Assembly: GCA_963660905.1 (NCBI GenBank)
Contig: CAVKZJ010000005.1
Coordinates: forward strand, 19,081 to 83,080
Source of the DNA: a bacterium
GTDB lineage: Bacteria; Bacillota_I; Bacilli_A; RFN20; CAG-288
Reading direction: 5' to 3'
DNA: 64,000 bases
The translations under genes were made by a program, and so were the position numbers. The notes below the pieces were generated by a model. It made no database searches and was not told where the DNA came from. It saw nothing but the letters and a program-made list of their open reading frames with translations. How positions within the stretch are numbered: the first letter of the stretch is position 1; each line of letters begins with the position of its first letter. Of this stretch, positions 16,706-27,007 are shown in pieces.

Positions 16706-18877
16706 TCATTCTTCCTTTCCTGTCTTGATATCGGCTTTCTGTTCCAAGAAAGCCAGCACAGACAAATCATTGATGATTGCCATGCGGATATAGAAATTCT
16801 CATCATCCTTGATGAGACCCGAACCATTGAAGATGAGCTTCACGTATTTCGGGAAATCATACATGAACGTCGTCTTTGTCGGGTTGAAGAGAACATGGAT
16901 GAGATTTCCTTTATATTCATAATCGATTTTCAAACATCCACCTTCCAGATCCTCAAAATTGATCTTATCCTCCTTGAGCATCTGTTCGAATTCCGCTTCC
17001 GAGAAATAGAGATACTTTTTCTTGAACTGGATTGCTTCCTTGAAGAAGGAATACATGTCATGGTTCTGGAAAAGAAGATCATAGTCGAATCCATTGATTT
17101 CATCTCCGGAATTATAGGAATTTCCGATTCCCCTCTTCGTCCCGGCAACCTCCTCTCCCTGATGGAAGAAAGGTATGCCTGCGGCAAGAAGAGTCGCGAC
17201 GATATTCAGCTTGATTCTCTGCTGAATTTCCTTGAAGGAATCCTCTCCGCAGCAGAAATGAATCTTATCGAAGAGAGTGTGATTGTCATGGCATTCGACA
17301 TAGTTCAGAGACTGTCCGGCATGATCGAACATGCGGTTGAATGCGAGCGGAACACTCGATCCGAGCATGACGTGCTTAAAGCCATCCCGATAGCTTGTGT
17401 CCCCGAGAAGATAGCCTCGGACAGAAAGATCGAAATCTCCCGACTTTCCTTTTGCGACATCGCGGAAGCGATCGTTGAAGAACGAAGCAAATGGCATCTG
17501 ATCCGCATTATAAGTCGCCGCCTTTTTTTCAGACGGAAGGGCGGTGCACAAATCCCATCCTTCTCCATAAAAAAGAAGATTTTTCTTCATTTTATGAACT
17601 GCATCATAAGCCATCTTCAGTGTATCGACATCCATAATTCCCATCAAATCGAAACGGAATCCGTCCACATCATATAATTCGATGAGATTCTTTAATGAAT
17701 CGATAATCATCTTTCGGACCATATAGTTTCGGCTTTCGAGATCATTTCCACATCCCGTTCCATTCGATTTATTTCCATACTGATCTACACGATAGAAATA
17801 ATTTGGGCAAAGAATATTGAATGGATTGAGAAGCGTCGAGAAAACATGGTTATAGACGACATCCAGAACGACTCTCATGCCATTCCTGTGGAAACCGGAA
17901 ATCAGTTCCTTGAGTTCGAGCACTCTCGAATAGCAATCCTCCACATCCGAGGCATACGAGCCCTCGGGCGCAAAATAACTAAACGGATCATAGCCCCAAT
18001 TGTATGTCGAAAATGGATCGTCTTCATTCACAGTCTGGAAATCCAAAACCGGCATAAGCTGGATATGTGTCACACCCAAGGAGGAGAGGTAATCCATGCC
18101 GATCGGCATGCCGTTCTTATCCTTCAGTCCTGTCTTGGATAAAGCCAAGAAGGTTCCCTTGTCATCGATATCCACTCTTGATGTCATGTCCCGGACAGAG
18201 CATTCATAGATAATCGCCTTCATTCGATCCTCAAAAGGAGGGAGTTCTTCTTCATGAGTATCGATTGCCTTGATCTTTTCTTTGTCGATGACATACGACC
18301 ATCTGCTGTTCGAATGCAGGGAAAGAGAAAATGGATCAGCGACGATCATCGAGCGCCCGAACATATAACGTTCATAAAGATACATCGCCCCATCATAGTC
18401 TCCCATGACCTCAAGATAGAACACACCATGATTCCAGTCATGCTTCATGGAATAGATTTCCCATTCCTTTTGGTCTTTCTTTCGGATATGAAGTGTGATT
18501 TCATTGCTGAACGGAGAAAAAACATAAAAAGATGTCTTCTCCTTGGAATAGACAGGTCCGAGAGGACCATCATAGCGATATTTTCTTTCGAATTCCTTGC
18601 TTAAGGCAAGATAAGAAATATCCACCGCAAAGAAATAGTTCTGTGACGTGGCTATCTGATAGAAATGGCCTGGAATGAAATCGAAATCATCACTCGAAAT
18701 CTGATAGACATAGGCGGAAGGCAGTTCGCTGATCGAATAGCATTCCACGGAAAATTTAAAGACATGATCGGCATAGAATCGGAAGGTCTTCATGCGGAAT
18801 GGGCAATAGGCTTTGCTCAATATGATTTCGATGGTTTTTCCATCCTTGGCGACAACAGAAATCGTATCATTCATCAT
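16706..18877 (-). CDS. pulA: Type I pullulanase / debranching enzyme (GH13) with no signal peptide.
   Basis: It has YNWGYDP, GFRFDLMG, YGEGWD and YVECHDN. The start overlaps the upstream stop in ATGA. Confidence 0.85.
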   Translation of the reverse strand: MMNDTISVVAKDGKTIEIILSKAYCPFRMKTFRFYADHVFKFSVECYSISELPSAYVYQISSDDFDFIPGHFYQIATSQNYFFAVDISYLALSKEFERKYRYDGPLGPVYSKEKTSFYVFSPFSNEITLHIRKKDQKEWEIYSMKHDWNHGVFYLEVMGDYDGAMYLYERYMFGRSMIVADPFSLSLHSNSRWSYVIDKEKIKAIDTHEEELPPFEDRMKAIIYECSVRDMTSRVDIDDKGTFLALSKTGLKDKNGMPIGMDYLSSLGVTHIQLMPVLDFQTVNEDDPFSTYNWGYDPFSYFAPEGSYASDVEDCYSRVLELKELISGFHRNGMRVVLDVVYNHVFSTLLNPFNILCPNYFYRVDQYGNKSNGTGCGNDLESRNYMVRKMIIDSLKNLIELYDVDGFRFDLMGIMDVDTLKMAYDAVHKMKKNLLFYGEGWDLCTALPSEKKAATYNADQMPFASFFNDRFRDVAKGKSGDFDLSVRGYLLGDTSYRDGFKHVMLGSSVPLAFNRMFDHAGQSLNYVECHDNHTLFDKIHFCCGEDSFKEIQQRIKLNIVATLLAAGIPFFHQGEEVAGTKRGIGNSYNSGDEINGFDYDLLFQNHDMYSFFKEAIQFKKKYLYFSEAEFEQMLKEDKINFEDLEGGCLKIDYEYKGNLIHVLFNPTKTTFMYDFPKYVKLIFNGSGLIKDDENFYIRMAIINDLSVLAFLEQKADIKTGKEE

Positions 18878-20127
18878 TGTTCACTCCTTTTGACAAAGCA
18901 GGCTGCTTTCTTAAAAGCTTTGAATTCCTCGAGGAATCTTCGATAGGAACTATAGGACATTCCTTCGACTCTCTTCATCAGGCTTGTATAGGGGATGTGG
19001 TTTGGATAACGGCTGGAAAAAAGATCACAGGCCTGATTCGGAAGGGCAAGCGAAGCGATGCTATCAAGATACATCGACTTGCAGAAGAAAGAGAAAGAGC
19101 TCTTATCCACCTTTTCTCCCAAATTGGAGAAGTAGTTCGTCAGAAAATGGACCAAAGAGATTTCATCCTCCGTCTTGAATGTGAGAAGGATGTAGCCATC
19201 TTCTCCGCCTTCCTTCAATTCGGAAGAAACCAGAATCGAACGAAGATTGCCTAATTGTTCTTGGAAGGCTTTGTTTTTCTTGATTGTGCTCTCAAGAAGA
19301 ATTTCATAAAAGGCAAAGGTCAGTTCCCCGTAGTTGTCATAGATGATGCTTCTCGATGGCAGCTTGATTCCATAGGTAAGATAGGAATGCATCGTCTTTA
19401 GGGACAATTCCTTATATTCCCTATTGACGGAGGTATAGATTTCCTCGTATTCGAATTTCTTTTCCTCTTTCATGCCATGGGATGAGAATTTGATTTCCTT
19501 GATCTTGGATAAGACATGATTCTGATCATCATCCAAGGAAAGGAAGATCGTTATATTTTCAGGAACATAATAGTTTTCCTGATATTTTTTCAATCCAGAG
19601 GCATGGATTCTCTTTCCATCCTCATAGGAAGGAAGATAGCCATATTTGATTGGCGAAGAGACATAAAGATTATCCAAGGCTTGCATCTTGGAAAGGTAGA
19701 TAGGATCCTCTTTCTTCTTCTCATCGTTCTTCTTTTCTTTTTCCTTGAATGCCTCAATCTCTTTTTCCTCGATGCAGAACGTCGAGATTCTCTTCATCAG
19801 CTTCATCAATGGAACATAAATATCATTCATGGTAGAAAGAGAATAACGCACAAAGGAATAATCAAGATCCGAAGAAAGAAGAACACCATCCTCTTTCAGT
19901 TCTTCCTTGAAGGAAGAAGAGGCGATGAGGTTCATCAGATAATAGCTCGAACCGAAAGGAACCTTGCTCGAGGCAATTTCCTTCGCATGAAGAAAGCCTC
20001 CCTGTCCGATATAGACAGTGCAGGATTTCAGATCAGACTTTTTGGGAAGAAAAACCAATGTGAGGTGATTGTCGAGTTTTTCTTCATAGAACGGGCAATC
20101 CATATGTCCGATATCCTGTTTAGTCAT
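18874..20127 (-). CDS. M16 (pitrilysin) family-like protein lacking the HxxEH zinc motif.
   Basis: It has the M16-like layout: LTLVFLPKK...TVYIGQGG...PFGSSYYLMNLI where HxxEH is expected, and YQENYYVPENITIFLSLDDD. ATG 20127 overlaps the upstream gene by 8 nt (ATGACTAA). Confidence 0.55.
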   Translation of the reverse strand: MTKQDIGHMDCPFYEEKLDNHLTLVFLPKKSDLKSCTVYIGQGGFLHAKEIASSKVPFGSSYYLMNLIASSSFKEELKEDGVLLSSDLDYSFVRYSLSTMNDIYVPLMKLMKRISTFCIEEKEIEAFKEKEKKNDEKKKEDPIYLSKMQALDNLYVSSPIKYGYLPSYEDGKRIHASGLKKYQENYYVPENITIFLSLDDDQNHVLSKIKEIKFSSHGMKEEKKFEYEEIYTSVNREYKELSLKTMHSYLTYGIKLPSRSIIYDNYGELTFAFYEILLESTIKKNKAFQEQLGNLRSILVSSELKEGGEDGYILLTFKTEDEISLVHFLTNYFSNLGEKVDKSSFSFFCKSMYLDSIASLALPNQACDLFSSRYPNHIPYTSLMKRVEGMSYSSYRRFLEEFKAFKKAACFVKRSEQ

Positions 20128-21220
20128 GTTTTTCCTCCTTTCGAAGAATGCGGTTTTCTTCCTTCTGCATCGTAGAAAGAAGAGAAGAGATTTCTTTTTC
20201 ATTCTCTTTTTCCTCTTCAGAAGAAAAGCCGAGTTCTCTTCTTGATAAGGATTCATTCAAAAAGTCAAAGGCATCCATATGGCAAAGGACATTTTGTCTT
20301 TCCATTTCCTTCTTCAGGAATTTCTCATCCACCTTGATTTCAAAAGGAAGCACATCTTTCTCAAAAAGAGGAAGAAGAGATGTCAGTTTCCCTTGTCTTA
20401 CGGAAAGAAGAACGGAGAAATGAGTTCGATCCAAAAGAAGAGAGGAGAGAGAATATTCCACGGAGATTTTTCCTTTCAGATATTCTTCGACTGCTGTTTG
20501 TGTCAAAAGAAGAATCGAAAGAAGTGACTTTTTCGTCGTGGGAGCTTCCTTTAAGGAAAAAGAAATCACAAGCGATTCATCATCCATATTTTTATGGAAG
20601 GAAGAAATCTCCCTATCCTGCTTTTCATATGGAGGAATCATCTCTTCATAGGAAACCGGAAAATACAATGTTTCTTTTTCCTGCGGGCCAAAATAGATTT
20701 CCTCTCCGATTTTGGATTGGAGAATCCTCTTTCTTGCTTCATCCAAATCCGACATCTTGATGGACTGGAGTATTTTTTTCTCCAAAAGAGGAATGCATTT
20801 CGCCTGATGAAGATAGGAAGAGACATTTTTCGAAGAAAGAAGCCTTTCCTCATTTTCCAGTTCCAGAATCTCCTTTCCGACTGCAAGGTTTCTTTCTGAA
20901 TAAAGGAAACCTTTCTGGAAAAGATTGTTCAGCATCTCTTCCGCTTCCTTATAGGGATTCTTGAAAAGGAAAGAGAAAGCATCCGATTTTGTCTGAGAGA
21001 CGTATCCTTGGAAAAGCATGCCATCATCATAAGAAAAGCATTCGAAATGGAATTCTATTCCAGGAAGGCTCTTCTTTTTTTCATGGTTCGGGAAAAGGTT
21101 GATCAGCTTCGTATAAAGCATCACAGCTTCTTTCGAAGGGAAATCCCTCAAAAAGACTCTTCGAATGACGATTCTTTTTGCAAAGGACTTCGAATAGAGA
21201 TAGAACGGGGTAGAATTCAT
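20120..21220 (-). CDS. Hypothetical protein, possibly the degenerate partner of the M16-like gene (the ymfF/ymfH-like position after ftsK).
   Basis: The ORF encodes 366 aa and its start overlaps the ftsK stop in ATGA. No HxxEH or other motif was recognised. The M16 assignment rests on position only. Confidence 0.4.
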   Translation of the reverse strand: MNSTPFYLYSKSFAKRIVIRRVFLRDFPSKEAVMLYTKLINLFPNHEKKKSLPGIEFHFECFSYDDGMLFQGYVSQTKSDAFSFLFKNPYKEAEEMLNNLFQKGFLYSERNLAVGKEILELENEERLLSSKNVSSYLHQAKCIPLLEKKILQSIKMSDLDEARKRILQSKIGEEIYFGPQEKETLYFPVSYEEMIPPYEKQDREISSFHKNMDDESLVISFSLKEAPTTKKSLLSILLLTQTAVEEYLKGKISVEYSLSSLLLDRTHFSVLLSVRQGKLTSLLPLFEKDVLPFEIKVDEKFLKKEMERQNVLCHMDAFDFLNESLSRRELGFSSEEEKENEKEISSLLSTMQKEENRILRKEEKHD

Positions 21221-24186
21221 GCTTCATAATCCTCCAAATGAGCAGCTGGGCCAAGGACGAATTTTCCGCTCGGCCCCATGGCGATGATGCTTTCCGACTG
21301 AAGTCGGGCTAAGAACTGATCGGCTTTCATGCTGGAAACCTGGAAGGAACGCATGATGGACGTCTTCGAGGTAATTCCCGTATAGATGACATATTCCCGG
21401 ATATCCGAATAGAGATCGCCCTCCACATCGGCCTCCTCTTCATCCTGGCTTGGCACTTCCAGATCGAGGAATTCCGGGTCATAGTTTGGATTTCCGGCAT
21501 TCTTTTTGACGTACTCAAGGACTTTGTTGATATCCGAATTGGAAATGAAAGGTGATTGTGCACGGATGAGAGATTTCTTGCCGGGACACTTGAAAAGAAG
21601 ATCGCCTTTTCCAAGAAGTGTTTCTGCTCCCGTCTCGTCAAGAATGACTCTGGAATCGATCTGAGAGGAGCAGCTCAATCCGATACGGCACGGAACGTTT
21701 GCCTTGATGATCATCGGAACATTGTCCTTGCTCGGACGCTGCGTCGCAATGATGAGATGAATACCGCACGCTCTGGCCTTCTGGGCGATACGTGTGACAT
21801 ATTTGGTCACCTCATTTCCACCTGTCTGCATGAGATCGGCAAATTCATCGATGACCGTGACAATATAAGGCATCTCTTCATACTGGGATTCTCTGCCCGC
21901 TCGGATGGCTTCATAATCTTCGAGGTTTGCGCATTTGCATTTGCTCAAAACCGTAAATCTTCGATCCATTTCCTCACAGAGTTTCTTCAAGGCGAGAATC
22001 GCAGATTCCGGCTTGGAAATGACAGGGCAGAAGAGATGGGAGCAATCCTGATAACGGATGAATTCCACCTGTTTCGGATCGATCAGCATCAGTTTGCACT
22101 GGCTGGGATAGGTCCTCATGATCAAAGTCATGATCATCGAATGAATCAAGACCGATTTTCCCGAACCGGTGGTTCCAGCCACCAACATATGCGGCATCTT
22201 GTTGAGTGGAAAAGTCACGACATTTCCTGAAATATCCTTTCCAATCGGAAGAAGAAGGAGATTCTTATGGTCATTTTCGATGGCTGAGAACATATCCTTG
22301 AAGGAAACGGCCATCGGTGCGATGTTTCCGACCTCGATACCCGATGTGGATCTTCCTTCCACGACCGTCTCGACACGGACAGACATATCGCCATTGAGGG
22401 CACGTTGGAATTCACTTGTGAGATTGGCAATCTTATCCGCTTTTTCGCCATGTTCCGTTTCGACATTGAAGCGGGTGACACTCGCTCCGATGGTGAAGGA
22501 GGTCGCCTTGGCTTTGACAGCAAATTCATCGAAGACTCGGTTGATGATCACTGCTTTTTCCTGAGCGGATGAGGAATTCTTCTCCATCTTGGCTGAATCA
22601 TCAATCTCTTCCAAAAGGGCATCATTTGGCAGATCATAGTGGTAGTCCTTAGGAACATCGGAAACATATTGCATCAGAGAAGAAAGTCTTTCTTCCTTTT
22701 CTCTCTTCTTGGCAAGAAGGGCTTCCGCCTGTTTTTTCTGCTTGTGTGCAAAATAGGCCTGTTCCTTTTGCTTTTCGATTTCTTCTTCCGTCAAAGGAGC
22801 ACTTTCTGTTTCTTCCTTCACAATCGGCTCGACCGGTTTTGGTGCAGGAGGCATGATTCCTTCCACACGATATTCCGCTGGATGATTTTCCTTTAATGGT
22901 GCGGAGGCATTCACTCTTTCGAGGGGGTTTACTCTCTCTTCCCTGATCGGCATCGTATTGCTATCGATTTTAGAGGCATCAGAGAATTCCTTGGCTTCCT
23001 TTGCGATTGCCTCTTCCTTTTCTTCATCATGGGAATAGGCCGAGGCAAAAGGATTCTCCGTCTCGATTGGCTTGGCTTTCAGAGGAACAAAGGAATCGTC
23101 CGGGACAAAAGGCGGTTTATTCTGAGAAGCCATCTTCACTTCCTCTTTTTCCTCAACAGGGACGAACGCATCAGAGACTTCCGCAGGTTTTGTCTCCTCT
23201 ATCTTTTCTTCGACCTTGATTGGAGAAATCGTTTCGAAATCCGAATTTTCCTGTTTTTGGAAAGCAGGCATATCCGTTACCGTCGCACGATGGAAGTCCT
23301 CATTGTCGACTGGTGCGATATTATTCTCGAAGGTTTCTTCCATCTTGGTTTCCGGCTTGACATCATAGACCTCAAAAGGACCAAAGCTTCCCTGGTCATC
23401 ATTCGACCAGGTATTCTTGATAGGTGCCTGTGCGTTCTTCGAAGGAACATAAGGCTTTTCCTGAACAGGCTGACTTGCATCTTTTGGTTCTTCTTGCTTC
23501 TCCGTCTTGAAATTCATTTCTCTTTCGAGATGCGGATTGCTCTTATCCTTCTTTGGCTGATAAGGAGAAGAATAACTGACGCGTTTCTTCTTTTCTTCCC
23601 GAATTGTTCTGATCACGAAGAGCGTCGGGCGGAAAGAAACGAAGAAAACACCGGCAATCAAGACCAGGGAATAGAAAATCGCATCACCGATTTTCCCCCA
23701 CACAGAACCTAAGAGGGTCAAAAAGAAAAGCCCGAGATAGCCTCCGCCAAGGCCGCTCAGGGACTCAAAGGAGTCAATCTGATAGAACGAACGGGCAAAG
23801 GAATCCATTCGATCCAGATAAACGCTATTGAGGGAAATGAAATCGACACCTGTCTCTTTCAATGAAAAAATTCCGTAAGACCCAAAAGCCAAGGCCCCCA
23901 CAATCAGAAGGGAAAAGCCAAGGAGTCCAAGGAGCTTTCCTTTCAAGGGGAAGGCATGCCTTGCCACGGTAAGATACAGTCCATAGATAAAAAGAAGCGC
24001 AAGCGCAAATGGATAGAACATGCCAAAAAGGAAGGCAAGTGAATAGACCAGAAAAGAGCCGACGACCGTTTTTCCAAACGCTCCGATCAGAGCAAAAATC
24101 ATCAAAATCAATCCCAAAGAAGTATTGAGCCATCCGCGGAGAGAATGAATAGACGGCCGAGTCTCAGTTTTTATATTGTTATCCAT
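21217..24186 (-). CDS. ftsK: DNA translocase FtsK/SpoIIIE.
   Basis: It has N-terminal TM helices and a long acidic linker. The motor domain has VAGTTGSGKSV and VIDEFADL, with a gamma-like winged-helix C-terminus. ATG 24186 (MDNNIKTE) was chosen. Confidence 0.9.
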   Translation of the reverse strand: MDNNIKTETRPSIHSLRGWLNTSLGLILMIFALIGAFGKTVVGSFLVYSLAFLFGMFYPFALALLFIYGLYLTVARHAFPLKGKLLGLLGFSLLIVGALAFGSYGIFSLKETGVDFISLNSVYLDRMDSFARSFYQIDSFESLSGLGGGYLGLFFLTLLGSVWGKIGDAIFYSLVLIAGVFFVSFRPTLFVIRTIREEKKKRVSYSSPYQPKKDKSNPHLEREMNFKTEKQEEPKDASQPVQEKPYVPSKNAQAPIKNTWSNDDQGSFGPFEVYDVKPETKMEETFENNIAPVDNEDFHRATVTDMPAFQKQENSDFETISPIKVEEKIEETKPAEVSDAFVPVEEKEEVKMASQNKPPFVPDDSFVPLKAKPIETENPFASAYSHDEEKEEAIAKEAKEFSDASKIDSNTMPIREERVNPLERVNASAPLKENHPAEYRVEGIMPPAPKPVEPIVKEETESAPLTEEEIEKQKEQAYFAHKQKKQAEALLAKKREKEERLSSLMQYVSDVPKDYHYDLPNDALLEEIDDSAKMEKNSSSAQEKAVIINRVFDEFAVKAKATSFTIGASVTRFNVETEHGEKADKIANLTSEFQRALNGDMSVRVETVVEGRSTSGIEVGNIAPMAVSFKDMFSAIENDHKNLLLLPIGKDISGNVVTFPLNKMPHMLVAGTTGSGKSVLIHSMIMTLIMRTYPSQCKLMLIDPKQVEFIRYQDCSHLFCPVISKPESAILALKKLCEEMDRRFTVLSKCKCANLEDYEAIRAGRESQYEEMPYIVTVIDEFADLMQTGGNEVTKYVTRIAQKARACGIHLIIATQRPSKDNVPMIIKANVPCRIGLSCSSQIDSRVILDETGAETLLGKGDLLFKCPGKKSLIRAQSPFISNSDINKVLEYVKKNAGNPNYDPEFLDLEVPSQDEEEADVEGDLYSDIREYVIYTGITSKTSIMRSFQVSSMKADQFLARLQSESIIAMGPSGKFVLGPAAHLEDYEA

Positions 24187-24208
24187 AGTTTTATTTCTCA
24201 CATATTTG

Positions 24209-24237
24209 AGTATAACACATACCCCTTTTTTTCTTAA
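24209..24237 (-). promoter_or_regulatory. Candidate promoter of the ftsK operon.
   Basis: The minus strand reads TTAAGA (24237..24232), a 17-nt spacer, then TGT-TATACT (-10 at 24214..24209). Confidence 0.35.
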
Positions 24238-24542
24238 GAAAAAAAAGGCAGTTCCATAAAAGCATGGAAGAGAAATAAAAAAACAATTCATGGCATCGGA
24301 TTCTATTCAAAGGAAAGCATGGACAGCCGTTTCTCAAGGCACAGGCTCTCTTTTTAGAAAAATCGTCTTCTGAAAAAGATGAGAATCAAAAAAGAAAACA
24401 CATCAGAATGTTCTATTCATTCAACCGGTTCTCTTTTCACACACGATTCGAGCAAAAAAATCATCCACGCTTTCTGAATCAAAGAATCATGAAGATTCTT
24501 TTCATTACATCTTTATATTTTATAGAAAAATTGTTTGCTTTT

Positions 24543-25712
24543 TCAGCGCACTAAAACGCGTGCGCCATCTCCTGGTTCGACAACGGCAAAGGAAGCAGTC
24601 AATCCTGTTTTGCATCGATACTCATTCGCAACATTTCTCTTGAATTCTTCCACATATTGTTCCTGGACAAGGCTGACGGTGTTTCCTCCCCATCCGCCTC
24701 CTGTCTCCCTTGAGCCGTAGACACCTTTCTGTCTTCTTGCGGAATCGACAAGGACGTCGATTTCAAAGCAGGTGGCATCATAATCATATCGAAGGGAATC
24801 TCCGGATTCGTTGATCAATCGACCAAAAAGTTCGATATCGTTCTTTTCGAGGCCAAGAATGGCCTTCTTTGTTCTTTCTTCCTCATAGACAGCATGTTTT
24901 GCTCTCTTCAGACAGATTTCATCCTGGATATAGGATTTATAGGCTTCGAATTGTCTTGTATCCAATTCGCAGAGATGCTTGATATCGATTGCCTTCCTCA
25001 GATCCTGCAAGGCACGCTCACATTCCTTTCTTCTTTCATTGTAATGGGAAGAAATCAAGGAATGCGGCTTATTCGAATTGGTGACGATGATCTTCACGCC
25101 ATTCATCTTCAGGGGAACATACCGATAGTCTAGATGACTGCAGTCAAGATAGATTGCCTGCTGGCTTTTCCCCATCGCGGAGGCAAACTGATCCATGATT
25201 CCACAGTTCATGTGACAGAATTCATTTTCGGCCTGCTGAGAAAGAAGCGCAATCTGAATCGGTGTCTGCTTGAAGGAGAAAAGATCATTGATGGCTGTGG
25301 CGATGCACACTTCCATGGCCGCGCTCGAGGAAAGCCCGCTTCCTGGGATATTGCCCCAGACAAAGACATCCAATCCGCAATCCATGATGAGGCCTTTCTT
25401 CTTAAAGGCATAGATGACCCCTTTTGGATAATTGATCCACACGTCTTTCTTTCGATAGACAAGATCATCCAAGGAGGATTCCATGACCCCGCCTTTTCTA
25501 TAATTATGCGAATAGAAGCGCAACCTTCGATCTTTTCTTTTCCGTACGATTGCATAATTTCCGAAATTCAGTGCACAAGGGAAAACATGTCCACCGTTAT
25601 AGTCGATGTGTTCACCGATAAGATTGACTCTTCCAGGGGCGAAATAAGCTCTGACATCTCCACCGTCCTGAAATTTTTCACTGAAAATAGCCGCCATCTG
25701 AAATAAAGTCAT
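24543..25712 (-). CDS. galK: Galactokinase.
   Basis: It has APGRVNLIGEHIDYNGG and GSGLSSSAA. ATG 25712 has GAGGG 8 nt upstream. Confidence 0.9.
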   Translation of the reverse strand: MTLFQMAAIFSEKFQDGGDVRAYFAPGRVNLIGEHIDYNGGHVFPCALNFGNYAIVRKRKDRRLRFYSHNYRKGGVMESSLDDLVYRKKDVWINYPKGVIYAFKKKGLIMDCGLDVFVWGNIPGSGLSSSAAMEVCIATAINDLFSFKQTPIQIALLSQQAENEFCHMNCGIMDQFASAMGKSQQAIYLDCSHLDYRYVPLKMNGVKIIVTNSNKPHSLISSHYNERRKECERALQDLRKAIDIKHLCELDTRQFEAYKSYIQDEICLKRAKHAVYEEERTKKAILGLEKNDIELFGRLINESGDSLRYDYDATCFEIDVLVDSARRQKGVYGSRETGGGWGGNTVSLVQEQYVEEFKRNVANEYRCKTGLTASFAVVEPGDGARVLVR

Positions 25713-25908
25713 GCCTGCATCCCTCACATTTCCTTCATTATAGAGAATTTTTCTTTCATAAGAAAGATTTTTCAGGATGGATTTCTCTTTCCTTTTCCTC
25801 CTTCGCATTCGGAAAGAGGAAAAAGAAGAAGGGAAAGCAAGCTCATAATTGAAATTTTCTTAGAAAACATTATCATATATAGGATTTCATTTGGAGAAAG
25901 AAAAAACA

Positions 25909-26991
25909 ATGAATTGGTTCATAAAAAAGAAAGAAAACATGGAAGACTACCTCTTTGATCATCCAATGACGAGGAAATCCATCGATTGGCTATGGAAATT
26001 CATCGTCACAGCCGTCACATGCTTCGTTTTCGCTTGGGGCTTTCGTGCCTTCATCAACCCGACAACCAATTGTGTTACCCACTGGATGATGATGGAGCAA
26101 TCCATCTCCTACGAGGAGGCTCTAGCCAAGGTCAACGAACAGGGCGTCATCCATCTGATCGCCGGAGGAATGTCCGGTTTCTCTCAGGCAATCGTCAAGG
26201 TGATGAATATCTTCGGCGATTTCAGAGAAAGCGAGAAAACCATTATTTCCATCATGTATTTTGCCTTGAACATTCCGCTTCTCATTCTCGGATGGTTCAA
26301 GATCTCCAAGCAGTTCACCATCTTCACTCTGATCAACGTCGGACTCGTCTCTCTGTTCAACGAAATCATTCCCGATGAATGGATTTACAACGTCATCAAC
26401 CTCTATGATGATATGATCGCCCGATGCATCTTCGGCGGCATCACCACCGGCATCGCCTCCGGAGCCGCCATGATGATCAACACCTCCGCTGGAGGAACGG
26501 ATGTCATCAGCTTCTATATTGCGGAAAAGAAGTCGGCCATGCCTGGCCAGTTCAGCTTCTACCTCAATGCCACGATTTTGGTCATCAATGTTCTCTTCGG
26601 CATCATCGGACATGAGGTCAACCCTACTGTCAACCCTCAGCTTTCCAGTCAGCTCATCCGCTATTCCTTATATACCTTCATCTATCTCTTCGTCTCGGTC
26701 AAAGTCATCGACATGCTCAACATCAAGAACAAGAAGGAAGAAATCCAGATTTTCACATCAAACGAAAATCTTTCACAGATTCTCATCCATGCCTTCCCGC
26801 ATTCCGCCACAACCGTGGATGCCAAAGGAGCCTATACCGGACAGAAGAGAATCATGATCTATATGGTCCTATCCAAAAACGAAATCAAGAAAGCGACCAG
26901 CTTAGTCAGAAAAGCCGATCCGAACGCATTTATGACTGTCATTGGCCTGAATCAGGTCTATGGCAAATTCTATATCAGACCAATCGAATAA
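25909..26991 (+). CDS. YitT family membrane protein (with a DUF2179 C-terminal domain).
   Basis: It has a multi-TM N-terminal part with GGTDV, and a C-terminus with TVDAKGAYTG...MTVIGLNQVYGKF. ATG 25909 has GGAGAAAG upstream. Confidence 0.7.
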   Translation: MNWFIKKKENMEDYLFDHPMTRKSIDWLWKFIVTAVTCFVFAWGFRAFINPTTNCVTHWMMMEQSISYEEALAKVNEQGVIHLIAGGMSGFSQAIVKVMNIFGDFRESEKTIISIMYFALNIPLLILGWFKISKQFTIFTLINVGLVSLFNEIIPDEWIYNVINLYDDMIARCIFGGITTGIASGAAMMINTSAGGTDVISFYIAEKKSAMPGQFSFYLNATILVINVLFGIIGHEVNPTVNPQLSSQLIRYSLYTFIYLFVSVKVIDMLNIKNKKEEIQIFTSNENLSQILIHAFPHSATTVDAKGAYTGQKRIMIYMVLSKNEIKKATSLVRKADPNAFMTVIGLNQVYGKFYIRPIE

Positions 26992-27007
26992 TAAGGAGAA
27001 ACATTTT

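Noticed and set aside
24187-24291. N-terminal extensions of track ORFs. They affect ftsK here, galK 25713..25808, rpsB 57073..57204, polC 48972..49022, plsC 16705..16827, pepO 11545..11583, gltX 26960..27007 and recX 30213..30287.
   Set aside because: Several begin at non-ATG codons. All lack an SD, whereas an internal ATG with a well-spaced SD matches the conserved N-terminus of the family.
24292-24542. The largest non-coding gap, between galK and ftsK. I looked for a tRNA, small RNA, riboswitch or small protein, including a 27-codon plus-strand ORF starting at 24289.
   Set aside because: It has no cloverleaf, no strong conserved-looking stem system, no SD for the small ORF and only weak hairpins. 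I cannot support a feature here without covariance-model searches (Rfam cmscan).
26992-27007. T-box or other leaders before the aminoacyl-tRNA synthetase genes gltX and asnS (37007..37018).
   Set aside because: Both genes start within about 15 nt of the preceding gene, leaving no room for a leader.
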